Shown: one piece after another, positions 1 to 11,240 of the stretch | Layout: each line of letters begins with the position of its first letter | Position numbering within the stretch: the stretch's first letter is position 1 | Origin: Candidatus Bathyarchaeota archaeon | GTDB lineage: Archaea > Thermoproteota > Bathyarchaeia > Bathyarchaeales > Bathycorpusculaceae | Assembly: GCA_963811105.1 (NCBI GenBank) | Contig: CAWEPZ010000011.1 | Location: 1,024,001-1,088,000 of the forward strand | Direction of reading: 5' to 3' | DNA length: 64,000 nucleotides | Notes under the pieces: model-generated | Seen by the model: only the letters and a program-made list of their open reading frames with translations | Databases searched by the model: none | What the model was told of the DNA's origin: nothing | Made by a program: the position numbers and the translations under genes

Positions 1-366
1 CTCAAAGGAGTCTGTCCGAACTAAAGTTGAGTCTTTTAAAGCGCCTAAATTCCGAATTAGATGTGGTGGCATTACGGTTACGTTATGAGATAGCCACAAA
101 TCTTTGAATTTTTCCATCACTTCTGAAGTGACCAAGCATTCACTGCAGATTTGCGCATCAATGTACCCTAGCGACGTTAGAGAGTAAAATCCGCCTGACT
201 TTGTGGTGAGCTCTGCCCCTTCAAACTCCTTGAGAACATGCAAAATGGAGGTTTCTCGGGTGTCTATTGCTGACTTTAGCATTTGAAGATTCTTGCTCCC
301 TTCCAAAAGCTGCAAAAGAATCTTTAATTTAAGCTCAGACCTTATCGGCGCTAAATAAGTAGTCAA
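1..366 (-). CDS. Winged-helix transcriptional regulator (FilR1/DUF1724-like), 3' end cut by window edge
   Basis: Not in ORF track. Hand translation from TTG at 366 is open to base 1: LTTYLAPIRSELKLKILLQLLEGSKNLQMLK...YSLTSLG...LWLSHNVTVMPPHLIRNLGAL; GGGAAGGGG upstream. Confidence 0.7.
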   Translation of the reverse strand, partial: MTTYLAPIRSELKLKILLQLLEGSKNLQMLKSAIDTRETSILHVLKEFEGAELTTKSGGFYSLTSLGYIDAQICSECLVTSEVMEKFKDLWLSHNVTVMPPHLIRNLGALKDSTLVRTDSFE

Positions 367-606
367 CCGTGCCCCTTCCCGCAAAGTAATCGTCCTTATA
401 AATATTTAAGTTTATCCTCTTTCTTAAGTCTTGAATAGGCTTATTTTGATTGATGAACATATTGCCGATTGCTGTTTATCCACCTTTTTGTTGAAGCCCA
501 AAGCAAAAACGGTTTCAGCAAACTGGAGTTGACAAATTGGCGAAGTGTGCTTCTCAAAAATCTTATAATAAGTTTGGAAAGTAAAAAGTTGACGGAGGAA
601 AGAGAT

Positions 607-729
607 GTGTCGAAACGGAATAGAGTTCTGACAATCATCATGTTGCCTTTTCTTGTTTTCACTTTTCCTATCGGATGGTGCTTATCATGGGCAGACCAAA
701 AAAGTAACCTTCCAAACAGAAAGCCCTGA
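607..729 (+). CDS. Small single-TM membrane protein (possible GTG start)
   Basis: 3' part of ORF 469..729: basic N-terminus then hydrophobic helix (SKRNRVLTIIMLPFLVFTFPIGWCLSW); GGAGG upstream. Confidence 0.35.
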   Translation: MSKRNRVLTIIMLPFLVFTFPIGWCLSWADQKSNLPNRKP

Positions 730-939
730 CATCGCTTTTTGCTCTACTGTAGAAGTTCTACCTTGCCGAAAGGCGCCCGCTTTCGTAGCATTATTGTTGT
801 TGTTATATTGTAACACCATTTGTTTAAATAGTCCGTGGTAAGTTATCAATAACAATTGAAAAGAGAGATTCTGTTTAATTGATAATTTGGAACCGATAAC
901 AGCAGTCAGTTGAACCATTTGCTGCTGATTCTGTTCCAT
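685..939 (-). CDS. Hypothetical protein, possibly a degenerate remnant
   Basis: GAGGTGAT SD-like site just upstream of the ATG region; C-terminal half looks non-coding (poly-Asn). Confidence 0.3.
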   Translation of the reverse strand: MEQNQQQMVQLTAVIGSKLSIKQNLSFQLLLITYHGLFKQMVLQYNNNNNATKAGAFRQGRTSTVEQKAMSGLSVWKVTFLVCP

Positions 940-1008
940 TGACCAAGTATATCACCTCGAACTTCTCGAAGAAAATAGAATGCGCCTAAAAATGTTTGGA
1001 GAAAAAAA

Positions 1009-1707
1009 ATGTTTGGTCAAAGGTATGAACCCACGCAACCCACTAACATATTTATTGCCGCACTCAACGAAGAAGAAGGAATAGGCGCCACAATATCTGA
1101 GCTTTCAGAAAACATAAATGCTAAGCGTATTCTAGTAATTGATGGCTATAGTGACGACCGGACAGTAGAGGTCGCCAAAGATCATGGAGCAGAAATCTTT
1201 TTCCAAGACGGCAGAGGCAAAGGAGATGCTTTAGCCAAAGCTGTGCAGTGCATCAGTGTTGATGTTGAGTATGTGGTTATCACTGATGCAGACTTCACTT
1301 ATCCAGCTGAGCATGTGCCGCAAATGATTCAGATCCTCGAGAATAGACCACGTGTAGGCATGGTTTGTGGAAACAGATTTAGTAAACAAACAGAAGGAAA
1401 CGCTTTTCAAGGTCGGTTTACCTTTGGAAACAAACTATTGGCTTTAGCTCATAGTTTTCTGAACGGAATAAATTTGCAAGATCCATTAACCGGATTGCGC
1501 GTTGTCCGAGCAGAAATACTCCGGAAATGGGCCATTAAGTCCAAAGGTTTTGACATTGAAGTTGAGTTGAATCATCAGGTAGGCAAACAAGGATTTGATA
1601 CAATCGAAATTCCAATTGAGTACCGAGAACGTTTGGGTGAGAAAAAATTGAAAATGAAACATGGCGCAACGATTCTAAAGAGAATTTTATTCGAAAGCTT
1701 CAATTGA
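1009..1707 (+). CDS. Glycosyltransferase family 2 (DPM1-like polyprenol-phosphate glycosyltransferase)
   Basis: LNEEE, IDGYSDDRT, GKGDAL, DAD motif, DPLTGLR, GFDIEVE, YRERLGEKK. Confidence 0.9.
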   Translation: MFGQRYEPTQPTNIFIAALNEEEGIGATISELSENINAKRILVIDGYSDDRTVEVAKDHGAEIFFQDGRGKGDALAKAVQCISVDVEYVVITDADFTYPAEHVPQMIQILENRPRVGMVCGNRFSKQTEGNAFQGRFTFGNKLLALAHSFLNGINLQDPLTGLRVVRAEILRKWAIKSKGFDIEVELNHQVGKQGFDTIEIPIEYRERLGEKKLKMKHGATILKRILFESFN

Positions 1708-2086
1708 AATTCTTGATGGGTGTTATATTTTCAACATTGATGGATTCATGTGGTTTATAAGTAAAAAAGTCCGAGTTATGGAATTATTGCTGTTTTTTTT
1801 AGTTTGATTGAATTTTACCCCCGCGACGCTCTCTGCCTTGTCCCTTTATTGCGCGTTGAATAGGTTGGTAAACATGCTTCGGTTACTCTCCAATATTCTG
1901 AAGTGTGGATACTAATTTCCCATTTTTCGTATTTTCTAAAGTGTAGAATGAGGAGGATTTTTTTTCCTTTCTTAGAGTATAGGGGAATCTGGAGCGAATT
2001 TGGTAGAGATTTGAGTGAAAATCTGGAAAATCAATTAATAGTTTTTCCGCTTAACAGACATTGAAAACTTCAAGCCGAACAAGGTA

Positions 2087-2395
2087 ATGGGAAAAATGAA
2101 ACAAACACAAGTTTACAGATTGGATTTAACCAAGATCGATGGGAGAGGAGACTTTTCATGCCCAGAATGTGGGGCTGTAATATCTCCTGATGATTGTACC
2201 GAAAAGGCATACTCTATTCTGGAAGCGAAGGTCAATAAACAAGGTTTGGTTGAATTGGTGATTTGCTGTAAATCGTGTGGAAGTTCTATTCACTTGACTG
2301 GTTTTTCTCTTTTGCAAAAGGTGCCTGAGATAGGGGGAGAGAAACTGGAGAGTAAGAAGAGAGAAGAATCTCCATGCTACATTACTCACCTTTGA
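2087..2395 (+). CDS. Small Zn-ribbon protein
   Basis: CPECG...CKSCG pairs. Confidence 0.7.
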   Translation: MGKMKQTQVYRLDLTKIDGRGDFSCPECGAVISPDDCTEKAYSILEAKVNKQGLVELVICCKSCGSSIHLTGFSLLQKVPEIGGEKLESKKREESPCYITHL

Positions 2396-3004
2396 AATTA
2401 TCTTAGTGCAATCCTCGTCATAATGAGTCGTGTTTATTAAATTATGATCTAACCAGCCAAAACTAAGCCTGCAAGAAACCTGCAAAACCCACGATCTCAA
2501 AAGTACCTAAAACGTAAGAGTTCAGCACACTGAGCCTTGGTTATCGGAAGAAAAGCTTCATCTTAGGCAGGTTTGTTGTCTGTCTAAATCGGTACAAGAA
2601 TTTCTTTTTGCACGCCGGCAAGACGTGCAAATAACTCCAAGAGGAAAAATACACTCTCTGTGGGGACCATTAAAAGGGAAAATGCAAATTCAAGCGAAAA
2701 TCGGTACGAGAAGTTTTGAAAGGGCAATGCTGCCTGAATCATTCCAACGCTATGAGAAGTTTTGGACTCATCCACCTCAGGACTCTACTGTATCTCTTTA
2801 TTACTGTTGAAGTAAACTGGTTAGACTGCTTCGTATAAGTTCAGCGTGACACGCCGTTTCTGCCGCCTCATCAGATCCCAAGAAAACGTTCGTTTCCAAA
2901 GCTTTTCCCTCCTTACACTCTTGTTCAGGCAAAAAACTGCAAAAAAATCGACAAATTTAGCGCTAACTTTTCCATTGTTTGGGATCAGATAAACATTCAT
3001 TAAT

Positions 3005-4276
3005 ATGAATTTTGTCGCCATGAAAAATGCGCGTTTCGATTTTCGGGAAAAAGTTTTAATTCGCCTTTATAGGTGTTCTCTGCCTGTGTGGCGACTAGGA
3101 TTCTTCTTCCACGAGATGGCATTCGGGCTGCTTTCGATTTTTATACCACTCTACGTTGTAAGGACCCTTGGCGGATCACTAGTTGAATTGGGACTTATGG
3201 TTGCCGCAGCCTTGCTCTTCAGCATTCCCGCTTCTTTCTTCTGGGGGTACATCTGCGACAAAACAAGGCGCTACAAAATCTACATTCTTCTTTCCTTCGC
3301 TTCGGCAACAATAATTATTTATCTTTTCACACTCACAGCAAGCATTCTTCTGTTCATCTTCCTTTACGTGACTATGTCCATGCTTCACGTTGCACATGAA
3401 GCTCCCAAAAACGTTTTGATAGCTGAACACTATTCTCGAGATGAATGGGAAAAATCTTTTGCGTCGTATCAACGGCTCACTGAAGTTGGCTGGTTACTGG
3501 GGTTATTACTTGGGCTGATAGCCGCAACTCTTAGTCTCGGCACTCAGTACACATTGTTTTTGTGCAGCGGCCTAAACTTAGCTGCTTTTGTCTTATCCAT
3601 ATTCCTAGTCGCCGACCCTCTGTTGATCTTTGAACGAAGATTGGTAAGCATAGAAAAAAAGATTGACTACGCTTACCGCGGTATCAAAGTTGCCTCGCAG
3701 ATTCTTGACGGATATTCCCCTAATGATAAACTCAAGAAAGAAAGCTTCGTTGCGTTCGGCATCGCCATACTATTCTTCTCTTTAGCATCAAACACATTCT
3801 TCACACCAATGCCCATCTTCTTCGCCCAAAAACTCGCTCTCCCCACAAACATGATTTTTGTAATTTACATGTTAAACTCATTAGGTGCAATCGTTGGATA
3901 TTCCCTAATCAAAAGAAAAACCATGTTCACTGACTCAAAAAAACAGATTCGTAGAATCGTGCTCCTCAGAAGCGCACTAATCTTTCTATTAGTCGCAGCC
4001 ATCCAAATAGCGTTTTCACCAACATTTTTTGCTTCACTTGTCATGGTGCTGCTAAATCTTGCTTACGCAGTCTACTACATCCTCATGATTTCACTCGCAA
4101 TGGAACTTATACCCCAAGGCAAAACCGGAATTTTCGATGTCCTCACAGGCTTAGGCGCCGCAACAGGCTCCTTTTTAGGGCCTTTTCTCGCCCAAATGCT
4201 AGGTTTCCTCCCCCAGTTCCTAATCGCCAGCGCCATCTTCCTATTAGCATTTGCAATTCTAAAGATTTTCACCTAA
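3005..4276 (+). CDS. MFS transporter
   Basis: About 12 hydrophobic helices with central loop; motif A-like WGYICDKTRRYK. Confidence 0.9.
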   Translation: MNFVAMKNARFDFREKVLIRLYRCSLPVWRLGFFFHEMAFGLLSIFIPLYVVRTLGGSLVELGLMVAAALLFSIPASFFWGYICDKTRRYKIYILLSFASATIIIYLFTLTASILLFIFLYVTMSMLHVAHEAPKNVLIAEHYSRDEWEKSFASYQRLTEVGWLLGLLLGLIAATLSLGTQYTLFLCSGLNLAAFVLSIFLVADPLLIFERRLVSIEKKIDYAYRGIKVASQILDGYSPNDKLKKESFVAFGIAILFFSLASNTFFTPMPIFFAQKLALPTNMIFVIYMLNSLGAIVGYSLIKRKTMFTDSKKQIRRIVLLRSALIFLLVAAIQIAFSPTFFASLVMVLLNLAYAVYYILMISLAMELIPQGKTGIFDVLTGLGAATGSFLGPFLAQMLGFLPQFLIASAIFLLAFAILKIFT

Positions 4277-4370
4277 AAATAAATTCTCACAAAAACGCTA
4301 AAATCTAAGCAGCCTGAAACAAGCTTAACTTGCCTTCTTCGTAACAAACCTGGAAAAATGTGGACGCTAA

Positions 4371-6210
4371 TTAGGTGTCGGCTGTCTCCGTTGGTTCTTC
4401 ACGAGGGTAAGTTCCGGGCTTTTTCTCGATTGAGCCGCCATTTTGCTTACTTCTTATAAACGCTATTGCTTCTCGAAATTTGCGAGGTAAGTACAGCGCC
4501 GCTAAGCCTGGGCCTCGAAGAGTATAACCTGTTCTGGCTTGAACAGCGAAGAAAATTACTGCAATTGCAAACGGGAGAAGAGACAGGAAGTTTATGAACG
4601 CTCCCAGAAAAGACCAATGCAGAAACGCCTGAGGAAAAATGGATCGGACCATGTCGTACTAGACTCCCAACGAATGCTCTTGAAAAAATCTCACTGAAAA
4701 ACGGCAGAGCAAGAAGAAAAATAGAAATTGCCGCGCCCAATACAAGTGTTTTCCACGAGTATCGACGCATGTATTCTATGGATGATATATTTTTGAAGGG
4801 AATTTCCGTGACTTTTCTGGAAAGGACGCCTCTTTTTATAAAGAGCCTCTTTTCCGTCGCAATAACGCCCCAGCTGCCTGAGGACCAACTCTTCAAAACG
4901 TTTTCAGGTGATGAAAGAGTAGAACGGGCTTCGCTGGGGATATTTATTAAACCTCTTTCTTTGATTAATTCAGTTGTCAAAGCCTCGTCAAGGTCAGCCG
5001 CTAAATTGGATACGGCAAGGCTCATTGTCCTTTTCTTGGCGTTTTCTGAAAGCTCCTTCCACAATCCCGGATTGTCCACAAGCTTACAGATCGCCTCCGC
5101 CGCGCCTCCTATGTCTTCTGGGCCATTCACGTGGAGGCCTTCAACGCCGTTATGGATGAGCCATTTCTGTCCCCCAACCCCCGAAGTAACAACGGGAACG
5201 CCGCTAAACATGAACTCCATCTGCGTCAACCCCAAGGCTTCCAGCCTACTCAAAATTATGTTTATATAGGAAGCCTTGATTAGGAGTACTTTTTCCTGCT
5301 CGTTTATCTCACCCAGATAAGTCACATTTGGCATGTCCTTGCTTTCTTGAATGACTTTTTCGGCGTAAGGTGAACCGCCTTTTCCAGCTAAAACAAAATG
5401 AATGTCGCTTCTTTCTTTTAGTATCTCAGCTATTTTTATTATAGCCATCGGGTTTTTGCGTTCCTCAAGACTACCTAAGAAAGATACTATTTTTGAGTCT
5501 TGCTTGATCTTTAGGGCTTCCACGAATCTTCTAACGTCGGCATTCGCATATCGTAGAAATATTTCATCGTCCACTCCGCCCGGGAATAGGAAGAACTTGT
5601 CAGGGTCAGCGCCCATCTTAATTTTGGCTTCTTTCTCAAATGGTGTAACGACGATTATGAGGTTGGCTGTTGAAAATATCTGCGGCAAAGTCAACCTGTT
5701 CCACACGGTCCGAAAAGAACGCTCAGATAAGGAATATCTTTTGGGGGTGGGCTCTTGGAAGTGGGACATTTGGCAGAACACTAGCGGGTCTTGGTATCCA
5801 CCAATGTCTTTCATGTAACGTCTCCACTCTATGAATTTGGCAGTATCTTCAGGTCCATTCCACAAAGTGCTATGGGTTATGAGAACATCAAGTTCAAACT
5901 TGTCCACGATCTTTTCAAGTATAGAAATAAAATCTCGGAAAACAATTCGCCGGGGAGGCCACTTTGCGATGTAGCTTTCAACCCGAATTATCGGTATTTG
6001 CAGTTCCTCGTCGTCGGAATAGACGTACCCACCGATTTTGGTCAGATTCTCTGAGGAGACAACTTTTTCTCCATCATGGAAAACGCTGGTGATAAGGTAT
6101 GCTTCGTTTCCCAGCTTGATGAACTCACGTACCATTCGTTGGGCTACGAGTTCTTGCCCTTTGCTTCTGCTTGTTTGGTACATGATAACTCCAATTCGTT
6201 TCTTCAGCAT
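4371..6210 (-). CDS. GT4 (GT-B) glycosyltransferase with C-terminal PH-like/membrane domain; apparent +1 frameshift near 4656
   Basis: GSLEERKN and EALGLTQMEFMFSGVPVV GT4 motifs; ORF 4371..4652 continues the membrane domain in another frame. Confidence 0.8.
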
Positions 6211-6386
6211 ACCGTTGGCTCACAAAAATTTACCGTCTATTAACTTAAATTGATTTGAAGCTTAAAAAAGTGACTCAACTCCGCCCCATAAAAAGCAAAG
6301 AAAGGGCTGCATAGCCAGGTTATTTGGCGCTTTAGAAGAAAGACTAAAGCAACCAAACCGGTATTATCCTATGGAGGACTTTCAGA

Positions 6387-7172
6387 TTGAAAAATAAAAA
6401 TATTGTAAAAAGAGTTGATGCACTATTCACAGATTATGACGGGACGATAAGTCCCATAAACGTTTCACGGTCAGAATCGCGAGTCCCCCCCGAAATTATG
6501 TTATTGCTCAACAGGATCAAAGATCGGATTCCAGTGGCCGTAATAACTACCAAGTCATTTGAATTTGTGGTCGCAAAGACGCAATTCGCTTGTGCGTGGT
6601 CAACGCTCGGAGGATTGGAGACCAGAATAGGCGAAATCACCTATCGAGCGTCATGTTTGAAAACTACACGGTTCGTTGCAAAAGCTCTACAGTTCGCAAA
6701 GAGCCTGTCTAAAGATGTCTTGGCAGTGGAGGAGAAACGAGATTCTCGAGGAGAAGTCGTCGCGTTTTCAGTTGACTGGCGCTTTGCTGATAACCAGATA
6801 ATAGCAGAAAAGACGGCTATGAAGATTCTTTCTTTTTGCGAAAGTTTGTCCGTGGTAACCTTAAGATATAATGGACAACCGTTTTTTGATGTTTTTCCAT
6901 GTGCCGTTAACAAAGGAAAAGCTCTCTTAGACCTAAAGCAGAAACTCGGAGTACTGGGTAATGTCTTGTTTATGGGTGACTCAACTGTGGATAATCTAGC
7001 GTTTGAGTTGGCTGACATCGCGGTGGGCGTGGTGCATGCCGAGACGCCGAAGAATCTTGCATGTGACTACTTTGTTCGGTTTGAGGATATTGCTGGTTTT
7101 TTCAAGTGCCTAATAGAAAATGATTTTCTTTTTGAGTCGAATTTTCCCATGATTATCCAAAAGAAAGCATAG
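6387..7172 (+). CDS. HAD-IIB hydrolase, trehalose-6-phosphate phosphatase-like
   Basis: DYDGTI motif I, NKGKAL, MGDSTVD motif IV. Confidence 0.8.
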   Translation: MKNKNIVKRVDALFTDYDGTISPINVSRSESRVPPEIMLLLNRIKDRIPVAVITTKSFEFVVAKTQFACAWSTLGGLETRIGEITYRASCLKTTRFVAKALQFAKSLSKDVLAVEEKRDSRGEVVAFSVDWRFADNQIIAEKTAMKILSFCESLSVVTLRYNGQPFFDVFPCAVNKGKALLDLKQKLGVLGNVLFMGDSTVDNLAFELADIAVGVVHAETPKNLACDYFVRFEDIAGFFKCLIENDFLFESNFPMIIQKKA

Positions 7173-7387
7173 CTCTCTCTGGTGAATTTGCCATGAAAGT
7201 TTGGACCGAGTCGCTCGAAGCTAATGGAAAATGCTGAGTTGATTTTTCTTGTGGCTGGCCTATGCTCAAGTGTTGATCGAGCATCAAATTAAGCCCACTC
7301 ATTTACCCTTATTGAGAACCAAATATGTTTCAGTAGCAACCTATTTCTATGTCCTCAGCAAGGAGTACCGCAAGATGATTCCATAAA

Positions 7388-9463
7388 ATGACGCTGCCTT
7401 CAATAAAATTAGATGAAAACCAGCTTGCTGATTTTGATCAGGCCATAAGAAAGGAGTGGCTTGTAACTAACGGTTTAGGAAGCTACGCCGCCTCAACCGC
7501 ATTAAGCATTAACACAAGGAAATACCATGGGTTATTGGTTGCCGCTTTGCACCCTCCGGGTGACCGAACCGTCTGTCTTGCAAAGCTCGACGAAGAAGTA
7601 TTCATCGGCAACGATATTTTCAGCCTTGGAGCAAATGAATTCATTGACGCAATTCAGCCTCAGGGTTACCGTTTTTTGAAAGAATTCAGCATTTCCCCAT
7701 TTCCAACATATCTTTATAAAACTGAAAATATTGAAGTCAGAAAAACTATTTTCATGCCGCATGAAAGAAACGCAGTAGTCGCTGTTTACCATGTGAAAAA
7801 CTCGGGCGATATGGATTCTAAGATGAAGATTTACCCTGTGATGTCTTGTAGGCATTTTCAGTCAGTTGTTGACAGGAGAGCCAAACAGTTAAGTTTCACT
7901 CAAACCTCAAAAGCAAAAGAAGTGGACCTTGTTTTTAGCCAGCCAAACGCGACTATAGTCTCAAGAGCTATCGAAGGCACTTTTTCCGCCAACTTAGAGT
8001 GGATTGATAAGTTGCATTATAGGGAGGAAGAGGAACAAAATGAAAGCAGTTTTGATGATTGTTTCCAGCCTGGATTTTTTGAGTTTACTCTCCCACATAA
8101 ACATGATTCCAATTTTGCGATAGCTACCGCTGTTACTGAAAACAATGGGGAAGCAATTACCATTTTGAATGAAATGGGTAATTGCATCGACGCGATTGAA
8201 TCTCTTCTGACGCGGGAATTGAATCGTAAGAATTGTCTTTTGACTCAATTTTACGATAAGCATGAAGGAGTAACTGTGAAGGATTGGTTAAGCTGGATTC
8301 TTCTGGCTGCGGATTCCTTCATCGTAAAAAGAGGCGAGAGAGAGTTCATCATTGCCGGGTATTATAGGTTCGAGCCCTGGGGAAGGGATTCGTTCATTTC
8401 GTTGCCCGGACTCTTGCTGGTAACTGGTAGATTTGATGATGCAAGAAAAGTTCTTTTGAAGTTCTCGAGTTACAGCAAACGAGGGTTAATACCTGATTAT
8501 ATTGATGAAAAAACTGGAGTACCAGCGTACAATACTGTCGACGCCACTTTATGGTATGTTAACGCTGTCTGGCAGTATTTGAAGTACACAGCCGATTTCG
8601 AATTTGTGAAAGATACTTGCTGGGACGGTTTAAAGGAAATCATTGATACTCATCAGAAAGGCACAAAATATGACATACATGTTAACCGGGATGGGTTGCT
8701 TGAACATGGTTCAAGGCTTACTTGGATGGATGCTGAAAATGACGGGGTGGCTGTAACTTCAAGGGCTGGAAAAGCTGTCGAAATCCAAGCATTATGGTAT
8801 AATGCTCTTCGAATATGCGAGGTATTGGCGAAGAAGTATGGAGAGGGTGCTCTTGCAAATAATTATTCTTCAATGGCGGATAAGGCTAAGTCGAGCTTTA
8901 ATCGGGAGTTTTGGAATAATGAAAGGCAATGTCTTTTTGATGTTGTAGATGAGCATGGTGCTGACCAGTCAGTTAGGCCTAACCAGATCATTGCTGTCGG
9001 ACTTGATTTCACCATGTTGGAAAAGGAAAGGCAAAACCTTGTTGTTGACTTTGTTATGGCAGAGTTTCTTACACCTTACGGGTTGAGAACACTTGCAAAA
9101 AGTGATCCACGTTATAAGGGCAGATATTTTGGTGATTGGAAGATGCGGAACTTGGCTTATCATAATGGTCCTGTTTGGCCCTGGCTGACTGGACCTTTGA
9201 CAAAGGCTTACCTAAGGACGAAAGATCAAGCAAGTCGTCAATTGAAGTTCGCGCAGGAGACTTTTCTGTTTCCTTTGCTTGCCCAGCAGGTTCTTCAGAG
9301 CGGGTTAGGATCGATAAGTGAGCTTTACGATGCCGATTTGCCCTACACGCCAGGCGGCTGCATAAGTCAAGCTTGGAGCGTAGCTGAGCTTCTAAGAGCC
9401 TACGTGGAAGATACTCTGCAATTTAGGCCGCCTCATGAAAAAGAGGTTTTAGCGGAAATCTGA
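7388..9463 (+). CDS. Glycogen debranching enzyme, archaeal amylo-alpha-1,6-glucosidase type
   Basis: EWLVTNGLGSYA, TRKYHGLL, WGRDSFISLPG, LTWMDA, YHNGPVWPW, QAWSVAE. Confidence 0.93.
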   Translation: MTLPSIKLDENQLADFDQAIRKEWLVTNGLGSYAASTALSINTRKYHGLLVAALHPPGDRTVCLAKLDEEVFIGNDIFSLGANEFIDAIQPQGYRFLKEFSISPFPTYLYKTENIEVRKTIFMPHERNAVVAVYHVKNSGDMDSKMKIYPVMSCRHFQSVVDRRAKQLSFTQTSKAKEVDLVFSQPNATIVSRAIEGTFSANLEWIDKLHYREEEEQNESSFDDCFQPGFFEFTLPHKHDSNFAIATAVTENNGEAITILNEMGNCIDAIESLLTRELNRKNCLLTQFYDKHEGVTVKDWLSWILLAADSFIVKRGEREFIIAGYYRFEPWGRDSFISLPGLLLVTGRFDDARKVLLKFSSYSKRGLIPDYIDEKTGVPAYNTVDATLWYVNAVWQYLKYTADFEFVKDTCWDGLKEIIDTHQKGTKYDIHVNRDGLLEHGSRLTWMDAENDGVAVTSRAGKAVEIQALWYNALRICEVLAKKYGEGALANNYSSMADKAKSSFNREFWNNERQCLFDVVDEHGADQSVRPNQIIAVGLDFTMLEKERQNLVVDFVMAEFLTPYGLRTLAKSDPRYKGRYFGDWKMRNLAYHNGPVWPWLTGPLTKAYLRTKDQASRQLKFAQETFLFPLLAQQVLQSGLGSISELYDADLPYTPGGCISQAWSVAELLRAYVEDTLQFRPPHEKEVLAEI

Positions 9464-9669
9464 GTTCCTAAATCAATAAAGTGAGTCACCCAAGAAAAGA
9501 AAATGGCCGCGTTGTGTAATCCTAAAGCAAAGTTATTAACAGGGTTAACTCTAAGAATTCTAAGCTGAAAAGTTGGAAAAGGAAAATTGAGTGAATTTTA
9601 TTTGTTTGAACAATCCTCACTGCCAAATTGTCACGTTAATGGAGCCAGTTTTTTTTCCTCACAATAGGA

Positions 9670-11163
9670 GTGATAATCGTCCCATTTGATAATAAAGAAG
9701 AATTTGAGAGCGATGTGATAGTGGTGGGTGCCGGACCAGCAGGCTCCGCTGCTGCATACTACTTTGCATCCGCAGGTTACGATGTAACTTTAGTTGATAA
9801 ACAGAAATTTCCACGCGATAAGGTATGCGGCGACTTTGTTAGTCCTGTAGCACAAAATGAACTCACCAAACTCGGAATTACAAATTTTCCAGAATTCAAA
9901 AATTCAAACGCAATAAGCAGAGCTTCAGTTTATCTGGATGGTAACAAACTAATTTCCAGATCTGTACCAAAGCTTCAAGGTCTCCCTAGATACGGTCGTG
10001 TAATTCCTCGCATCATTTTGGATAAAATGCTTTTAGACTCAGCATGCAAAGAAGGGGCGACTTTCTTAGAGGGACTCAAAGCCGTAAGTATGAAGATAAA
10101 GCGCAAAGGCGTGGAGTTAAGATTAGAGGGGCCTTCAGGGAAAAGAATCTTAAAAGCTCGTCTGTTAATAGGCGCAGACGGCAGCAACTCAACCATCGCC
10201 AAACTAGTCAGAGGTCACGCACCTTCGAGTGCAGATAGAATAATTGCCATACGCGGATATTTCGAAGGTGTAGAAGGACCTGCAAATCAAGCTGACCTGC
10301 ACTTTAATAAAGAAAGTTTTCCGGGTTACTGTTGGCTTTTCCCAACCGGCAAAACTCAAGCTAACGTAGGAGTTGGCATTGTCTTAGACACCATACCTTC
10401 AGGGAATCGCCTAAAAGAGCTTCTTAGCAACCTCATCAAAAACGACCAAGCGTTATATAAACGCCTCAGAAACGCTAAATTAATTGGGCAAATAAAAGGT
10501 TGGCCTCTATCAACGTATAACGCAAACCAGCCATTGGTTGACAATCGAGTTATGCTTGTAGGCGACGCAGCAGGTTTGGTGAATCCTTTGAACGGTGAAG
10601 GAATTCAATATGCACTCCTCAGCGGCAGATGGGCCTCCGAAGTTGCGATCTCTTCGATAATAGTGAACGATTTTTCCAAAGAAGCTTTGTCGGCATACCC
10701 ACATATCGTTGAGAAAGAACTTTTCTACGGCATGTCAGTTGCAAGTCTAATCGTTCAATTAATTCGAAATCGAATCTTCAACCCATTTTGGCTTCGTTCA
10801 TTGGAACTCATGGCAGAACGTTCACGAGTGGACCCCAGCTATGCTGACATAGTTGGAGGCATTCTAATGGGAACCGTTCCCCAAAGCGAATCAACCAACT
10901 TAGAAGTCGCGCGAGGAACAATTGAACAAGCCATGTTATCAACAGGGCTGACAAATCTGCTTGAAACAATTCAGGATCCAAATGCCATGGCAAAAGCCAC
11001 AATAGAAACTCTGCAAACAGGCTTTGAGATTTCACTCCAAGCAATGCAGAATCCATCGGCCTTTATCAATTGGGCCATTAAATCCACGACAAGCGCAATA
11101 AACTTCGCAATCGCATCGTCATTCAATTACTCAGAAAACGCCGAAAAAACGTCATCGAACTAA
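9670..11163 (+). CDS. Geranylgeranyl reductase-family FAD oxidoreductase with C-terminal helical extension
   Basis: GAGPAG, FPRDKVCGD, GADG, GYCWLFP, GDAAGLVNPLNGEGI. Confidence 0.9.
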   Translation: MIIVPFDNKEEFESDVIVVGAGPAGSAAAYYFASAGYDVTLVDKQKFPRDKVCGDFVSPVAQNELTKLGITNFPEFKNSNAISRASVYLDGNKLISRSVPKLQGLPRYGRVIPRIILDKMLLDSACKEGATFLEGLKAVSMKIKRKGVELRLEGPSGKRILKARLLIGADGSNSTIAKLVRGHAPSSADRIIAIRGYFEGVEGPANQADLHFNKESFPGYCWLFPTGKTQANVGVGIVLDTIPSGNRLKELLSNLIKNDQALYKRLRNAKLIGQIKGWPLSTYNANQPLVDNRVMLVGDAAGLVNPLNGEGIQYALLSGRWASEVAISSIIVNDFSKEALSAYPHIVEKELFYGMSVASLIVQLIRNRIFNPFWLRSLELMAERSRVDPSYADIVGGILMGTVPQSESTNLEVARGTIEQAMLSTGLTNLLETIQDPNAMAKATIETLQTGFEISLQAMQNPSAFINWAIKSTTSAINFAIASSFNYSENAEKTSSN

Positions 11164-11240
11164 CTTATTCTTGCCACAGTAACCCTAACTAGACAAAGGT
11201 TATCTATGAATATTGAGTAACATGAAGGGGATGTCACCGC

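Noticed and set aside
2400-3000. Short ORFs and a TTTGCACG/CGTGCAAA inverted repeat near 2606-2630
   Set aside because: No coherent protein or larger structure could be supported
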